From contig JBHGNT010000006.1 of the NCBI GenBank assembly GCA_043228905.1, positions 3,658,001 to 3,722,000 on the forward strand: DNA of 64,000 nt, written 5' to 3'. A model generated the notes under the pieces. The model worked only from the letters and a program-made list of their open reading frames with translations, had not been told where the DNA came from and ran no database searches. The stretch comes from Azolla caroliniana (taxonomy: Eukaryota; Plantae; Polypodiophyta). A program made the translations under genes and the position numbers. Of the stretch, positions 22,346 through 35,748 are shown in pieces (positions within the stretch are counted from its first letter, which is position 1; every line of letters begins with the position of its first letter).

Positions 22346-24187
22346 AACACGTTCACATTCACAAGTGGAAGGATCGTGCATTCCACTTATAAATTCCTTT
22401 TATAGTCTTGCGATTTCATGCAATTTTCAGAAACTTGATACACTAGTATCACATATTTTAAACAACATGTAAAATTTGCTAATTTTTTGAGATTTAACAA
22501 GTTTCAAAATGATAATTTCTAAAATTGAATAGTTTTTCAATAAATGTTTAAACGTTGATGGTCTGCAGATATGAAATGTAGTTAACTTAAAGAAAATCAC
22601 AATGGTTAACTCAAGACACAAGTTAAAATTAATGGTTCACCATCTTGAGGAGATGTAGGTTCTAGAAGTGGAAGTTACATCTATTGTTAGACTTGAAAAT
22701 GTTTTAAGTATAAGAGGTAACATTGTAATCCTTAATGCCATCATCTATAAATTTAGTGCTCATTAACATCCATCAATTCACAACTCAAGAAATGTATCCA
22801 ATATTCATAAACAATTTTGATAAATCCATAACTCCTAAAATGTAGAGGATATTCATCAACTGCCAAACTTAGATACATGTAAACATTAATATATCAATTT
22901 GAACATATCACATAGTTATCAAGCTATCCACAATGCTCTCCTCTTCTTTATTTTGATAACTCCCCTACAAAATTTGTGAAGTAAATGGCACTTGCAAGGT
23001 TCAATTACCATCAACACAATCATTAATGGTTTTTTGTTAATCAAGGAAGCACATGCTTACCATAAGGTATCTTGTTGTGCAACATACTTCTTTACAGTAT
23101 CGATATGCATCCTTTACTCTTGTAAAAACATAGATTTTAGTACAATTTGAGTTCATGTTTAAAAAACCTCTTTTATTTGAAAAAAAAGAAGATTTTTAAA
23201 CATGAACTAAAATCAGAGTTTTCATCACAATTCTATACAATATATCAAATTCATGTTCAAAGTTTTTTTTCCTAGATTTAAAAAAACAATACAATCAAGC
23301 TTGAGTTGATGAAAAAACCAGTTTTTTCACTACAATTCAATACAATGTATCGAGTTCATGTTTAAAGTTATTATTATTATTATTTTGGAAAAAAAACTTT
23401 AAACATGAATTCGATACATTGTATCGACTTGTGATGAAAACTCTAGTTTTTTCATCACTTCAAGCTCAAAATGTTTTTCTTTTTTTTTAAATTTAAAAAA
23501 AAACTTTAAACATGAACTTGATACATTGTATCAAGTTCACGTCAAAAACTTAGCTTTTCGACACGAACTCGATACATTGTATCGAGTTCATGTGAACTCT
23601 GTTTTTCAACATGGGTTCGTGTTTAAAGTTTTTTAAAAAGTTTTGATTTTTTTCTATTTATTTTGTTTTTTTTTAAAAACATTTTGAGGTTGAAGTGATG
23701 AAAAAACTAGAGTTTTCATGATAATTGAATACAATGTATCGAGTTCATGTTTAAAGTTTTTTTTTCCGTAAATAAATAAATAAATTGAAAAAAATTAAAA
23801 ACTATTACTTTAAACCATAGATTGACATATTCGCATTCGTGGGGTTTCTCATTCGAATGCAAATGAATACAAATACGAATGGGTAGTCAAGTATTCGTTT
23901 AATCCCCCCCCTCCCCCTCGAAAAAAAAAACTTTTTTAAAATTTTTTCCTAAGGTAAAAAAAAAAGAACTTAACAATAAATAGGGATAATAAAAGAGGGA
24001 CTTTGGGGTCTTGACACTACTAAATTTTTATAATAAATGTATAGTCGTTTTATTTTTAATAAATAAATAAAATAAAATAAAGGCTCGTTAATTTTTCACT
24101 TTTTATTTCCTCAAAATTTATGGATATTTTTATCTTGACATTAAAAATGGTACTTCAAACTAATCATATCTTTAAAGTTCATACTAA

Positions 24188-24214
24188 TAACCCTAAACCC
24201 TAAACCCTAAACCC
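24188..24214. repeat. Short interstitial plant telomere repeat (CCCTAAA)3+
   Basis: taaccctaaaccctaaaccctaaaccc. Confidence 0.85.
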
Positions 24215-25190
24215 ATGCAGCTATCGATTCAGTCTTCGTGGATAGAACCAGGAGCAGGATATGGAACTCATCCCTTCCCGAGCGGATCAAAGTGTTTTTC
24301 TGGTTAATCACCCATCGGGTTGTTCCAACGGGAGAGTGGCTTGGTAATAGAGGCGGCATGAGTGGTTGCAAGGCGTGTAGTGCGAGCTTGGAGGACATCG
24401 CTCATTGTTTGTGGTGCTGCCCACGAGCGCAAGAAATCTGGCTGAGGAGCTTAAGAATCTTGGCTCATTTTGGGGTTGAGGTTCATGTATCGAGCGCAGC
24501 AATCACTTGGCTGGCCACTGAATCGGCCTCGTGGTTTCAAGAGTGGAATGGAAACAGTCCTTTAATGGTGAAGCAAGGATCTGTGCAACCAGCAACGCAA
24601 GGAGGTTTATTCTGCTTATAGGAACGCTATGTGGACATATGGGTATTAGTGGTCGGCCTTACGGTCTGGCAAGTGTGGGTATCTCGGTGCAAGGAGACCC
24701 TCACAGGTAAACGAACCCCACCGGTTGAGAATTTAATGATGATCTGGTTTAATCTTATTTCTACGTTGCGAGGTGAGTTTGAAAGGCTTCAAGGGCCATT
24801 TGATGCAAGTGAAGAAGTTAGAGCTCGATTCCTTCAGAAATGGAGCAGTTCGTCAATGCTACAGATAATGGATGGTAAAGTGAAGTGGAATTATCAACCA
24901 CCGCGGTGGTTGTTCCCTCCAAGTGTTCCTAACATCTAGATGGGTGCTGCCATGAGGAGCGAATGGAGGACATCTATGCTGAAATCTGTTTTGTATGAGG
25001 CTCACGTGGAGAATATGTGTTCGAGTAATGCTATACACATAGAATGATGTGGTGTTTTGGAGTTGTTTTTTTATGTTGTTTCATCTACACATTGTTTTCC
25101 TTTGACATGTAAGATGTCTTGTAAGATATGAGTTGTAAATGATTCCTTTGTACATTCTTAACTAATGGAAGTAGATGTTTTTGGAAAAAA
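24215..25190 (+). mobile_element. 5'-truncated L1-clade LINE (zf-RVT C-terminus, 3' UTR, A tail)
   Basis: IWNSSLPERIKVFFWLI.H..C..C..EDIAHCLWCCP.A..IW, then WNYQPPRWL; ACTAATGGAA at 25161 followed by an A-rich tail. Confidence 0.85.
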
Positions 25191-26478
25191 TAATAATAAT
25201 AAATATAAAAATATTCGTTTTTAAAAAATTAAAAAAAGTTTCATAAACTCTCTTGACACTATAATCTATTAATGAATAATTGTTTATTTTGGTGAAATAC
25301 ATTTATTTTAATAAATAAGTAATTTTTTATATTTATTTTACAAAACGAATGGTTTTTTAATATTCTTGGGGCCATTTTGTATTCTCAAATATTGAGAATA
25401 TTGCACATGGAAAATATCATGAATATCACGCATGTGTCAATCTATGCTTTAAAGATGAACTCGATACATTGTATTGAATTTCGGTGAAAAACCTGGTTTT
25501 TTCATCAACTCAAGCTCGATTGTTTTAGTTTTTTAATTTCGGGGAAAAAAACTTTGAACATGAATTTGATACATCGTATGGAATTGTGATGAAAACTTTA
25601 TTTTTTACATCAACTTGATACAATGTATCAAGTTCATGTTTAGAAATCTTCTTTTTTTTCAAATAAAAGAGGTTTTTTAAACATGAACTCGATTTGTACT
25701 AAAATCTCTATTTTTACAAGAGGAAAAGATGCATATTGATACTGCAAAGAAGTATGTTACACAACAAGATACCTTATGGTGAACATATGCTTCATTGATT
25801 AACAAAAAACCATTAATAATTGTGTTGATAGTAATTGAACCTTGCAAGTGCCATTTACGTGGTCTATAAAATATTCCCGTGGTTCTTAATCACCACTTCA
25901 AGCACTTAATGTTGATCTTCATAGTTTGGTTCATCTACAACAAAGAAACATTTATGCGGAACTAAGGATGACAACACGAGCATAACTAAGATGAGAAGGA
26001 AACTTGCAAGAACTCAAGGTGGGGATATTAATAGCTACACATGTAGATGGCCATGACCTAGGGCACCAATTCTGCATTAGTAAAGTTTTGGATGTGGTGA
26101 TGCATTAAACCTTTGTAATACATCTACCATTGACATTAGTGAGGTAGATATCATTGTGTATGACTTTACATTGGCAAAAGTTGGATGTTTGTTGCCCGCC
26201 GGAATAGTAACCGACGGACAGAAGCACACAAGCATTATAATATAGTAAAGCGTTAAGAAACGCATGTAATAGTTCACGTGGGAAGCGTGAATGACTAAAA
26301 GCCCTGTGTATATAAAGGGCAGAAATCCTCTGTAAGAGGGAGCGTGTAATTTTGGTGCATAGAGCATTTTTCCTAATAGAATACTATATTCTCTGATCTC
26401 TATGCATATCTGTGGTTGTATCTGCTACATTCTTTGTTTCTCTGTTGCGTATTGTAAATCATAAGGGTGTAGGCGTAA

Positions 26479-27025
26479 GTGCGGATACTAGTGCACGTCC
26501 TAAAGAGACGAGGACTAGGGTCTGGCACTTGTTTCTTTTGCATCGTTCCATTGGAGGATAGTACACATAGGTTCATTAAATGTCCTGTAGTGTGTACCAT
26601 TTGGAAGTACTTATTGGACATTTGGCAAGTTTTAACCCGTTGTTGTTTGAGACCTCAACAATGGGTTTTTTCTCAATATGTTCAAAATGGATCAAATGAT
26701 GAGATGGAGATATTGTTCCAATTTTTACGTTATTGGGGTCTACAACACAATTGGAATATGCGTAATGCTTTCATGTTTGATAATAGACATGAGGTGAAAG
26801 CCTAAATAAAGAAGCTTAAAGGTATTCTCATGTGGAATTTTTGGATGTTAGAGCATGTGGGGATCATTTCCTGAAATGCATATTCAGGTTTTTTCGTAGC
26901 ATTACAGAACATCCCTCTCCCTACATAGGCATATGATAGGTAAAGGAAACTAAGAAGTGTTGTAACTAAGTGGATTTTACATACAATTAATATAATTGTG
27001 TGCTTTTACCAACAACAAAAAAAGA
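26479..27025 (+). mobile_element. L1-clade LINE 3' fragment (zf-RVT)
   Basis: CFFC..EDSTHRFIKCP...IW..WNMRN, ending in an A-rich stretch. Confidence 0.7.
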
Positions 27026-27405
27026 GAGGGACATCAAAGAGATAGAGAATAGAGAGGATGATGCTTTATATTTCATTCATTCCCCCATAAGGGGGTTAAA
27101 TAATACAATGCAGGGTCAGATACATAGGGGTGCATGCTCCTTTAGCCATCCACACATATCACTCGCTCACACCCTTTCCTATTTGTCCACACACATGTGC
27201 GTGTTCCCACACTTACGCATATACTCACACTCACACTTACATTTGTACTCGTGCACATTTGCACATACACAATAACAACATTCTAATCTTTCACCCTCGC
27301 TCATAAGACTCAACTCTCCATACATCTCGTACGGTAACAAAAATAACCTTCAAAAGCTCAACATCCGGTCAGATGGAGGATTCTGGAAACATGCCATCTA
27401 GTATC

Positions 27406-27878
27406 TAGAAATGGGCCCAATTCAGTTTCTTTGCCTTGAAAACAAACCGAACTGAACCAAACCGTTTGTGAACTCTCAAGCCATTTAAACCCAAACCATT
27501 TTAAGAAAAGTTGAAACCAAAACCGAACCATTTAATAAAAAATCTAAACCCAACCATTTAAGTCAAACTAATGAAAAATCTAAATAAACAAAAATACATT
27601 AAATTTAATGAGCATTTAAGTTTAATTAATTAAATAAATAAATAACCATTAATTAAACCATTAAGAGAAAAAAGAAGTTAACCAATCAACCTTTAAACCA
27701 AACCATTAAAACCTGTAAACCGATAAACCCGAGTTTTTGAACTAAACCGAACTGAAACCAAACCGTTTATAAAAATCAAAACCAAACCAAACCATTAAAT
27801 TTTTTGGGGAACCAATAAACTGTTAAACCACGACTTAACGGTTTGGTTCGGTTTGAGCCGAAACAAGGTCCACAACTA
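27406..27878. mobile_element. Degenerate hAT-type MITE with AACCG/AACCA subterminal repeats
   Basis: Many aaaccg/aaacca motifs that switch to cggtt near the right end. TAG...CTA termini. Imperfect 8-bp flanks ctagtatc / ctcgtata. Confidence 0.5.
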
Positions 27879-29558
27879 CTCGTATACATGAAGCCAAATG
27901 CTCCCATTATGTCTAAAACTGTGGGGGCCCTGCCACAGACAAAACAAAACGTAAGGGCATACCAAGACTATTAATATCCCAGTTGAAAAAAAGGTGGAGG
28001 GGTACGTCTGAGAATATTATGAAAAACATAGAGGGTATTCTTGAGAATATTGTTATTATTATTATTATTGTTGTTATTATTATTATTATTACTACTACTC
28101 TTCTGTTTTCTCTCTGTCTCTGCCATAGAGTCGCAAAAACAAAAGAATTTGGCTTCCGTGTCCCCTGCGATTCGTCTTTCAGTCAGTCTCACAGCTGCGA
28201 ATTCCTCACGCTTCTGAATCCAGGTGAGTACTCAACCAAACAGGGACGACATATTGACGAAGGATTTCTCATCCGGATCTCATCGCTTTCTAATACACCG
28301 AATCTCATTCCTGTCTTTTTCTTTCTTTCTTGAAAGTTTTTGTGCGTTAATCCGATGGTGTTTTTTCTTATTTCTTTCCTCCCATCTCTACATTTTGTGT
28401 TTCATCCAGAATCACCAAGATGTTTTGTTAAGTATTATATGCGATTGAAGCAGGTTTTCGGCATCTAGATATAGGTAGTGTGTTAAGCAAGACTACTGGG
28501 AAGTTTGGGTGCAGGGAAAGAGGCTGTACTATTTTTTATGATTAGCTGAACAAACCACCGAAAGAATACAATTTTTTCGTAACAAAATTACGATAACACC
28601 CCTCTGTAGTTCAAGATTTACAGGTACTATGAAGAGTATTCTGATAAGCTCTGGATCCTTATTCTAGCACTAAAAAAAACTGATATTAGGAAAACAAAAG
28701 TGTTAGACAATTTTAATCATCCAAAATACCCCTAACTTGTTGAGGGTTTACACAAATACCTATAATTCTACAACATACCAGGATACTATTTGTAGTCCAA
28801 GACTTATCCCTAGATTGGGAAGGGGTATTCAAGGGAGTTTTGAAGGAAAACAAGTGTTATTGTTGTTGCCGTAACCATTATTTGGAAGAAAACAAGTGTT
28901 TTCTTATTTTAATCATTATATGGGAATTTCGTCATTGATTGATCAATCCGTTTAGGTTATAAATGTATTATTAGGTATTGCATTTTCCAAACTGTATAGA
29001 TTAATAAGTTCACAAAAGTCTTAGATCTTTCAAAAATAAATAATCATTCTAAAACTCAGTCTCCCCAATATTTTATGCTCATAAACAGTACATTTTTCAA
29101 ATTACAACACTTATATTTATTAAGTATCTAAAAGGATGATCACTGGAACATGGTACATCAGAGACTTTATAGCCTTGACAGTGGGTTCACGCCCAGTAGA
29201 TGCTCCATTGTTAAAAGTAAGGTATACCCTGTACATCGTGCATGCACGTGGTAGTCTCAAAAACCATCAAATGGTCTTCTCTAGCATAAGAGAGAGCCCA
29301 AGCAAAGAATCTTTCCCAGAAGCAATATCCCAACAATTATATCATTCTTGGCTCACATATTATCCTCAATCTTCATAGGAAATATCATACGCAGCTCTCA
29401 GCCATCTCTGATAGCAATTTCTCCATCTGAGAGGATGGAATGTAAGCTTTATGACTCGGTCCCACGTCCATGCAAGAGGCAATATCTGAGAACTAATGTC
29501 TCAAATAGCCAAAGTTTTGCTTTCAGTTCCTAGAACTAGATGTAGATATGCCTACACT

Positions 29559-31349
29559 CAGAAATTTTCAAAGTGTATAACTTCCTCCATATGTCCATAA
29601 CCATCCTTATCATATATTAGCAGCCTATGAAAAATGAGTTATAGGAATGCCTATAAGATCACACCATCACTACCTCAGACATTTATTTAAATTGCTGAGC
29701 AAACCAGTGCTCCAATTTGACCTTTATAGATGGTTGTCATTGAAGATCTGATTAATGAAGAGTTTGCAAAATATTTAGATCGCCAAATTGTTACTACTAT
29801 GAAGGATAAGAGAACCTAAATTAAATGACCAGAAAAGTTGTTTATTTTATTCTTGAAATAGATAGCTTCCCCAGAGTGCTTACAAAAAATGAAGTGGTAT
29901 AAGGCACAATTACACATGAAGACAGTATTACTGCTAGAATGTTTTTCCCTCTTCGATCATGGGGCATTTTATGGTTTTAAAATGTTAAGGCAATCAATAA
30001 TGCACAAAGAATAGTAGTCTATACACCAACAAAAAGAAGGTGTACTCCAAATAAAAGCAATCAATCTTCCTTACTGGATGGCTCCAGTTCTCAGGCATAC
30101 CTAGTCACATAGATCCATGGAGTTTTATCCTTCCACTCTGCATGCCCAGTATGATAAACAGCTTCCTTAGTTATATGATCAGGACTGATGTTGTCAACAT
30201 CAGTCAGATTTTCATTACCAGATACAATCTCCACTGTACAATATGCTTGTGGTGGTTCGGACCACCCATAGCATGATTTTGTCTTGATGCAGTAAGTGTT
30301 GTAATTTGAGTTCTTCGCAGATACAATGCATAATTGCACATGTGCTGTGAAGGAAGGATGTGTTTGCAAGGGACTGTTGATGCTGGAAAGTTGTTCCAGC
30401 TCTTGTGATTTAACTTCCTCGTAGACAGAAAAGCTGTCAAACTGCTGTGGATTTATCAACTGACCGTTGTCCTTTTGCAATGCACTGACCTGAGCCTGAA
30501 CTTCTGCCAAAAGACAGAGAAGTACAGGGGGACACCACATGAAAATGAGCTTTTGATGCAGAAAATATCAAATATTTAAAAAGAGAGAAAATCTGAAAGG
30601 CATCTGGAATATCTTACAAGTGCAGAAAGATGCAGAAACTTCTTATAAGGGTAAAATGATATACAAACTTCTTATTAAAGGCTAAGATGATATGGAAACT
30701 TACGAGCACGTCTATACCATGTTGACTTTATTGCTCGAGCTCTGGCCTCCTGAAATGCAGATGCTGACAAGCAAAAGGCCCTTTTCACATTCTCAGAAAG
30801 ACTTTGCTTTTCATGGACACTGAATTCCACTGATTTGCCTTGAGCATACACACAACGCAGCATGGCTTCACAGAGGAGTGGGTTAGAATCATGAGCAACC
30901 ATTTCTTCCTTTGACTGTTCATCCTCTGGCGGTGCTCCGCGACTCAAAAAGGGCCTCAGAAGCTCAATGATCTTGGTGTCAAAGTCATCTTCTGCAGAGA
31001 AACAGATCTCTTTCATGACGTCATGTGTAGAAGAAGCATCATAAACAAGGATTTTGCAGCTGCATGAATTGGCTTGGCCTTGCATATTAGTAGGGAAGCA
31101 GATCTCACCATCAGCTGCATCTTGAGAATGAGAATCTAGAATGGAGATCAAGGGGACCTGATGATGATCATTTGGCTTTCGTGTTCCTTGTAGATATGGC
31201 TTGTTATTGTCAGATGTAAGGTGCTTGAGGTCCGAAGGAATTTTCATTTCTGATAGGCATCCATGATAAATTACTTCATGAGAAGCCGAGCCATTGTTAT
31301 GGTGAGTTACCTCATCTGAAGCCAAACCATTAATGTGTTCATGGATCAT
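29559..31349 (-). pseudogene. Spliced host-type gene or pseudogene resembling the N-terminus of a C2-domain Munc13-4/BAIAP3-like protein
   Basis: Phase-compatible GT-AG exons 31349-30704, 30503-30101 and 29624 onward. Helical LLCEAMLRCVY..VKRAFCLS segment, then C2-like VQLCIVSAKN..GWSEPPQAYCTVEIV. Exon 3 stops after ~21 codons, followed by decayed coding-like DNA. Family call is tentative. Confidence 0.45.
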
Positions 31350-32149
31350 TTTGTTTTGATGTTTTTGCTTTTGTTTAGCAACAAAGGATCATTTGATTTC
31401 TTTAATTGTCTCTTCTCAGAAGTCCATATCCCAGACGATTTATAAGAACACGAATACATCAGTTTGAGGTTAAGTTTTCAAAGTATCAATCAAATTCCCG
31501 TTTTTCACTTCGCTGGTTTTTCTTCCTCTTATTCTTCTTCCATTTACTTCTAAACAAAAAAGTTTACTTGGACCAATCAGAAAAAAGAAGTGCTGCAAAT
31601 TGAAACTTGATCAGTTAGAAAGTGCAGATTCAATCTTGCAAATTAATCAGAAGAAGAAGAAGATCAACCATATCTTCATTCATTGTTAAAGTTGATAAAA
31701 ACGGGAAGAATAGAATTTAAATAAGAAGACAAAAAAGTTGATGGAAATGGTGAAGCACAACGATTATCAATTAGGAAGTAGCTTCATTCATTCAGTCATG
31801 GTTCAGAAAACTGTGGAAAAAGCTAAAAGACTACGGTGTGGTCGATCAGAGACTACCATTTCAACCTCCGAATCACACACCATTTCATTTTTCAGTCAGT
31901 AAATCCATCAGCCATTCATTTCATTTGTTAATTTTCAACAACATAGAGCGACGAAGGGGTTCAGAAGATAGAAGACTTGATACAGATGATAATTTAGGTC
32001 AAGAAATGCACTGCACCTGGGACATTGAAGCAGAGAGCTCCTTCTGAGGGAGCAAACGTCGGAGGGGACCCGATTCCAACCAGCAGACAGAAAGGAAAAC
32101 CCTAACAATCTTCGCCAACGACGACTGTGATGCAGCAGCTTGTGAGGTA

Positions 32150-32875
32150 AACAGAATCGTGGCAGGACGGGAACGTTTAAACCTCTCGAGATGCTACTAC
32201 AAGGAGGAGGAGGAGGAGGAGGAGGAGGAAAAGGCGACCAAGAAAACGCAAAAAGCAAAACGCAAAAAGCAAAACGCAAAAACAATAAACAAAATGCAAA
32301 ATGCGAAATGCGAGAGGCAGTACGCAAAAACCGAAAAAACAAAAAGCAAAAGCCGGTCGTGGGAGTGAAGAATAAACGGCCATGTGATCCACCAGAGATC
32401 TTTTGGTACGTTTAAACCTCGAGAAGGAAAAAGCGAAAGCAAAAGGCAAAAAATGAAAAGCGACAGGCAGTAAGCAAAAACCGGAAAGACAAAAAGCAAA
32501 AGTCGGTCGTGGGGAGTGAAGAATAAACGGCCATGTGATCCACCGAAGATCTTTTGGTACGTTTAAACCTCGAGAAGAAAAAAGCAAAAGCAACAGGCAA
32601 AAAATGAAAAGCGAGAGGCAGTACGCAAAAACCGAAAAGACAAAAAAGCAAAAGCCGGTCACGGGAGTGAAGGATAAACGGTCGTGTGATTCACCGGAGA
32701 TCTTTATAATCTATTGGTACGTTTAAACCTTGAGAAGAAAAAAGCAAAAGCAAAAAGCAAAAAGCAAAAAATGAAAAGTGAGAGGCAGTAAGCCAAAAAG
32801 CAAAAGCTGGTCATGGGAGTGAGGAAAAACAATGGTCATGTGGTGCACTCGAAGAACTTTATGATCTATTGGTGC
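32150..32875. repeat. Tandem repeat, ~151-160 bp unit, about 4 copies
   Basis: GTTTAAACCT anchors at 32175, 32410, 32561 and 32721; A-rich aaaagc motifs; cggccatgtgatccacc..agatct. Confidence 0.9.
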
Positions 32876-35748
32876 GACCTCTTCCATGGACATTATGTCA
32901 CATCTGTCTGTCCCCAACAATTGCATTCGAAAACCACTTGCACTGCTTGCAAACTTAATGATCAATTGTTGTGCACATACAAGCTTTGCTCACAAACCCG
33001 TGGCACCTCCCTTTAAAACAATGTGCTCTTCAAACCACGAGTTCACTCGCCACAAATTTTTCATGAAAGTAATGTCTCTACTCAAGGTGTTTGATCAACT
33101 CCTATTCGAGATCCCCGATGCCAAACAAACAAATCAGTCACCACCGTGTCGGCTTTCACCATCTCGTGTTTCGAAACATGGTCAAAACTTCATGTCAATC
33201 AATTAGTGTATCATTGTTTTTGGGCTTTCCCATCATGTTGAAAAGGAAACGCGTTGAACCGTGCATCACCAAATATAGATGAGTCATCGGTTTGTCAAAA
33301 ACTCAACTTAGAGCCTCTGCTTTCAACATATGTTCACATTAAGCAAAAAGAAGCAAGTTTTATTCTTCTTTTTTACCTCCTCTGTGTACCCTCCAAGTTT
33401 TCTTTTGATTGATTGTGATGCATGTAGAAGAACATGAAATTTGTTATGTCAAAAGGTTTGGGACAACATTGTAGTTACATTAAACATAACACCACTATAT
33501 TGATTCTATATTCCCAATTCTCCAATATATGGTCATCTCCCCTCCATGCCCTTTATCATTCCTATATTTCAACAATGAGTTTAGAAATTGACCACCGTGT
33601 TTTTTCACATTATCACCCCCTCCATTCCATTACAATTGGTTGTTTCCTCTTTCCAAGTAGTTGTTGACTTGCCTCATCTCAACACTTGATTAGGACCTTG
33701 CATGTTTGTTATTCGTTTGAGTCTAATTAATAGTTCAACTTCTGCGATAAGACAAAAGTGGAAACATATTGTGTGCACCTGAAATTTCCCAAACAAGAAA
33801 ATTTGAAACTGATGGTTTTGAGCTTCTTGGTACTATTTCAAATGACTAACAAATGAAAATCATTGAAAGAAAAGTAAAATCAAATTTCTAAGCAACCACT
33901 TCAATTTGTTTCATAGTTAGAAACAATGCAAAATATCATGTTGGCAACTTTGGAACCTTCATGTTCTTGATAGTCAAGAGTCAAGACTCTTCAAACTCTC
34001 AAGAATATCAAGATCCATGTGGTTACATTCCTTGAAGCAATAAATTCTATGTTTCTCATACACATACTTTCACATTAATCATGTTGAGTTTGTTGGATAT
34101 TGTGACGTACAATATCCATCTCGATGCACTATAACTAACTCCCGAACATTGTGAATTTTATTTATCCAACTATACGATGATTATTGGCCATGGTTGAAAA
34201 GCAAACCTCAAATTAGTGAAACCACATTGATACATATTTTGCACTAGCGTACAGTAAGTTTATAATAGACAAATAATCCTCCCAAATTGCTTATTTGTGA
34301 TTAACATTTGCATCACGAGATGCCTTATAATGCACAATTAATACATTCGAATTGCCCATATGATCAACTTTACTATACAGAATAAGGACTCCTTAACCAA
34401 ACATTATGGGTTAAGTTTTGATCATGAACAAATATAAATAAACAATATAAAATGTAATTGATTTCTAGAAAATGATTCAACTACCAAAGCATTGGGGTAG
34501 CATGGTATTGTTAAGGTAACTATCAAGTGACGAACCAAATTATCAAAGTTGAAGCCGAAAATAAAATTGTGAGAAAATCAATTCTTATTATATATGTATA
34601 AGAGTGATTACAAATGTGTTAACGGTCAATTGTCATTGAACCATAATGGTTTGACAACATTGTAACCTTCCTAAATATAGTAGTACCCTTGTTTTATGCA
34701 TGTATGATGTTGGCCACTTACCCTTAAATTTTAATACATGCATCCCACTTGGCGCACACACATGTTTGTTATTTTACTATCGTGTGAGATTCTACAATAA
34801 TTAGCATATGAAATCGTACAATGCCACAAGTTTATACAACCACGTGTGACCAAACATCACATTAACACAATCCATAAGCGGACCTTGGAGATTTATTATA
34901 ATGGCACGAACATAACAACTTACATGTAATGATGTAAAACACATAACAATTTGAAATTTAAATTCAAATGAATAACTTTGGAATTCTACAATATTTTTTG
35001 GGGATTGAAATTGTGCACACTAGAACAAGTTTTATGATGATTCAAAGACCATGCGCCATAAATGGGATCACAAAATATGGAATACTTGATGTGAGTTTTT
35101 TTATTATGAATTGGGAACAGGATTGATGATATTGTTTCCGACTATCTTGAGTATGTGATCAAGAATCTTGTCTAAAGAGATATAATTTTTAGAATAAAAA
35201 TAGTCATGATATTTTCTAAGTAAGGATTAAGAAATTCCCTAACGTTTTCAACACCATTGGTGCCAATATGAAACTTGTTTCAAATTATGGACATGAGTTA
35301 AAGTATGTGTTAATAATTAGGTAATTAATTGGGGTTAATTAGTGATAACTATGTGAGTAGTTAAGCAACGGAAGGTTATGTGATATGTGTGTGTGTGTGT
35401 GTGTGTGTGAGGAAGAGAGAGAGAAAGATACAGTTATGAACATTAATATAAATGGGGGATGATTAACAATAGTGTATTAAAAAGCATCATCAAATGCAAA
35501 AATACCCACAATGAGGTATATATATGTACATCTCATGTGCAAATGTTCACATGTGTGAGTAGAATATAGGTACAAAGGTGTAAGTCCTATATTAAATGAA
35601 CATGGGAGTGGAGGATGTGCAATGTATCCCACTCAAGTACAAAATCCTATTTAAGGTTTTAAGGGTCAACACACTAACTAGATTCTATGTAGGTAACTAC
35701 TAGTTACGTGTGTTGACTAACTAACTAAATCTAGTTCAGCTTGATATT

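Larger units (their letters stand above)
23816..25446. mobile_element. Non-autonomous hAT-like element (MITE)
   Basis: TIR CATAGATTGACA / TGTCAATCTATG. 8-bp TSD CTTTAAAC (23808-23815) and CTTTAAAG (25447-25454). Confidence 0.75.
22346..26190 (+). mobile_element. Decayed, internally deleted relative of the 133-10330 transposon
   Basis: Left TIR AACACGTTCACATTCACAAGTGGAAGGATCGTGCAT (33/36 to the element 1 TIR). Palindromes GAACTCGATACAtTGTATCGAGTTC at ~23340-23750 and ~25457-25640. Transposase C-terminal remnant at ~25715-26190 similar to 9165-9770. No right TIR found. Confidence 0.8.

Noticed and set aside
26190-26430. Solo LTR (TG start, TATA-like motif)
   Set aside because: No matching TSD or second copy in the window; boundaries cannot be supported.
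31935-32726. Hydrophobic or Lys-rich ORFs on both strands
   Set aside because: Translation artefacts of the tandem repeat.
33300-35700. Possible ancient retroelement remnants (also 36500-37900 and 52600-55200)
   Set aside because: Too decayed to assign motifs or boundaries by eye.
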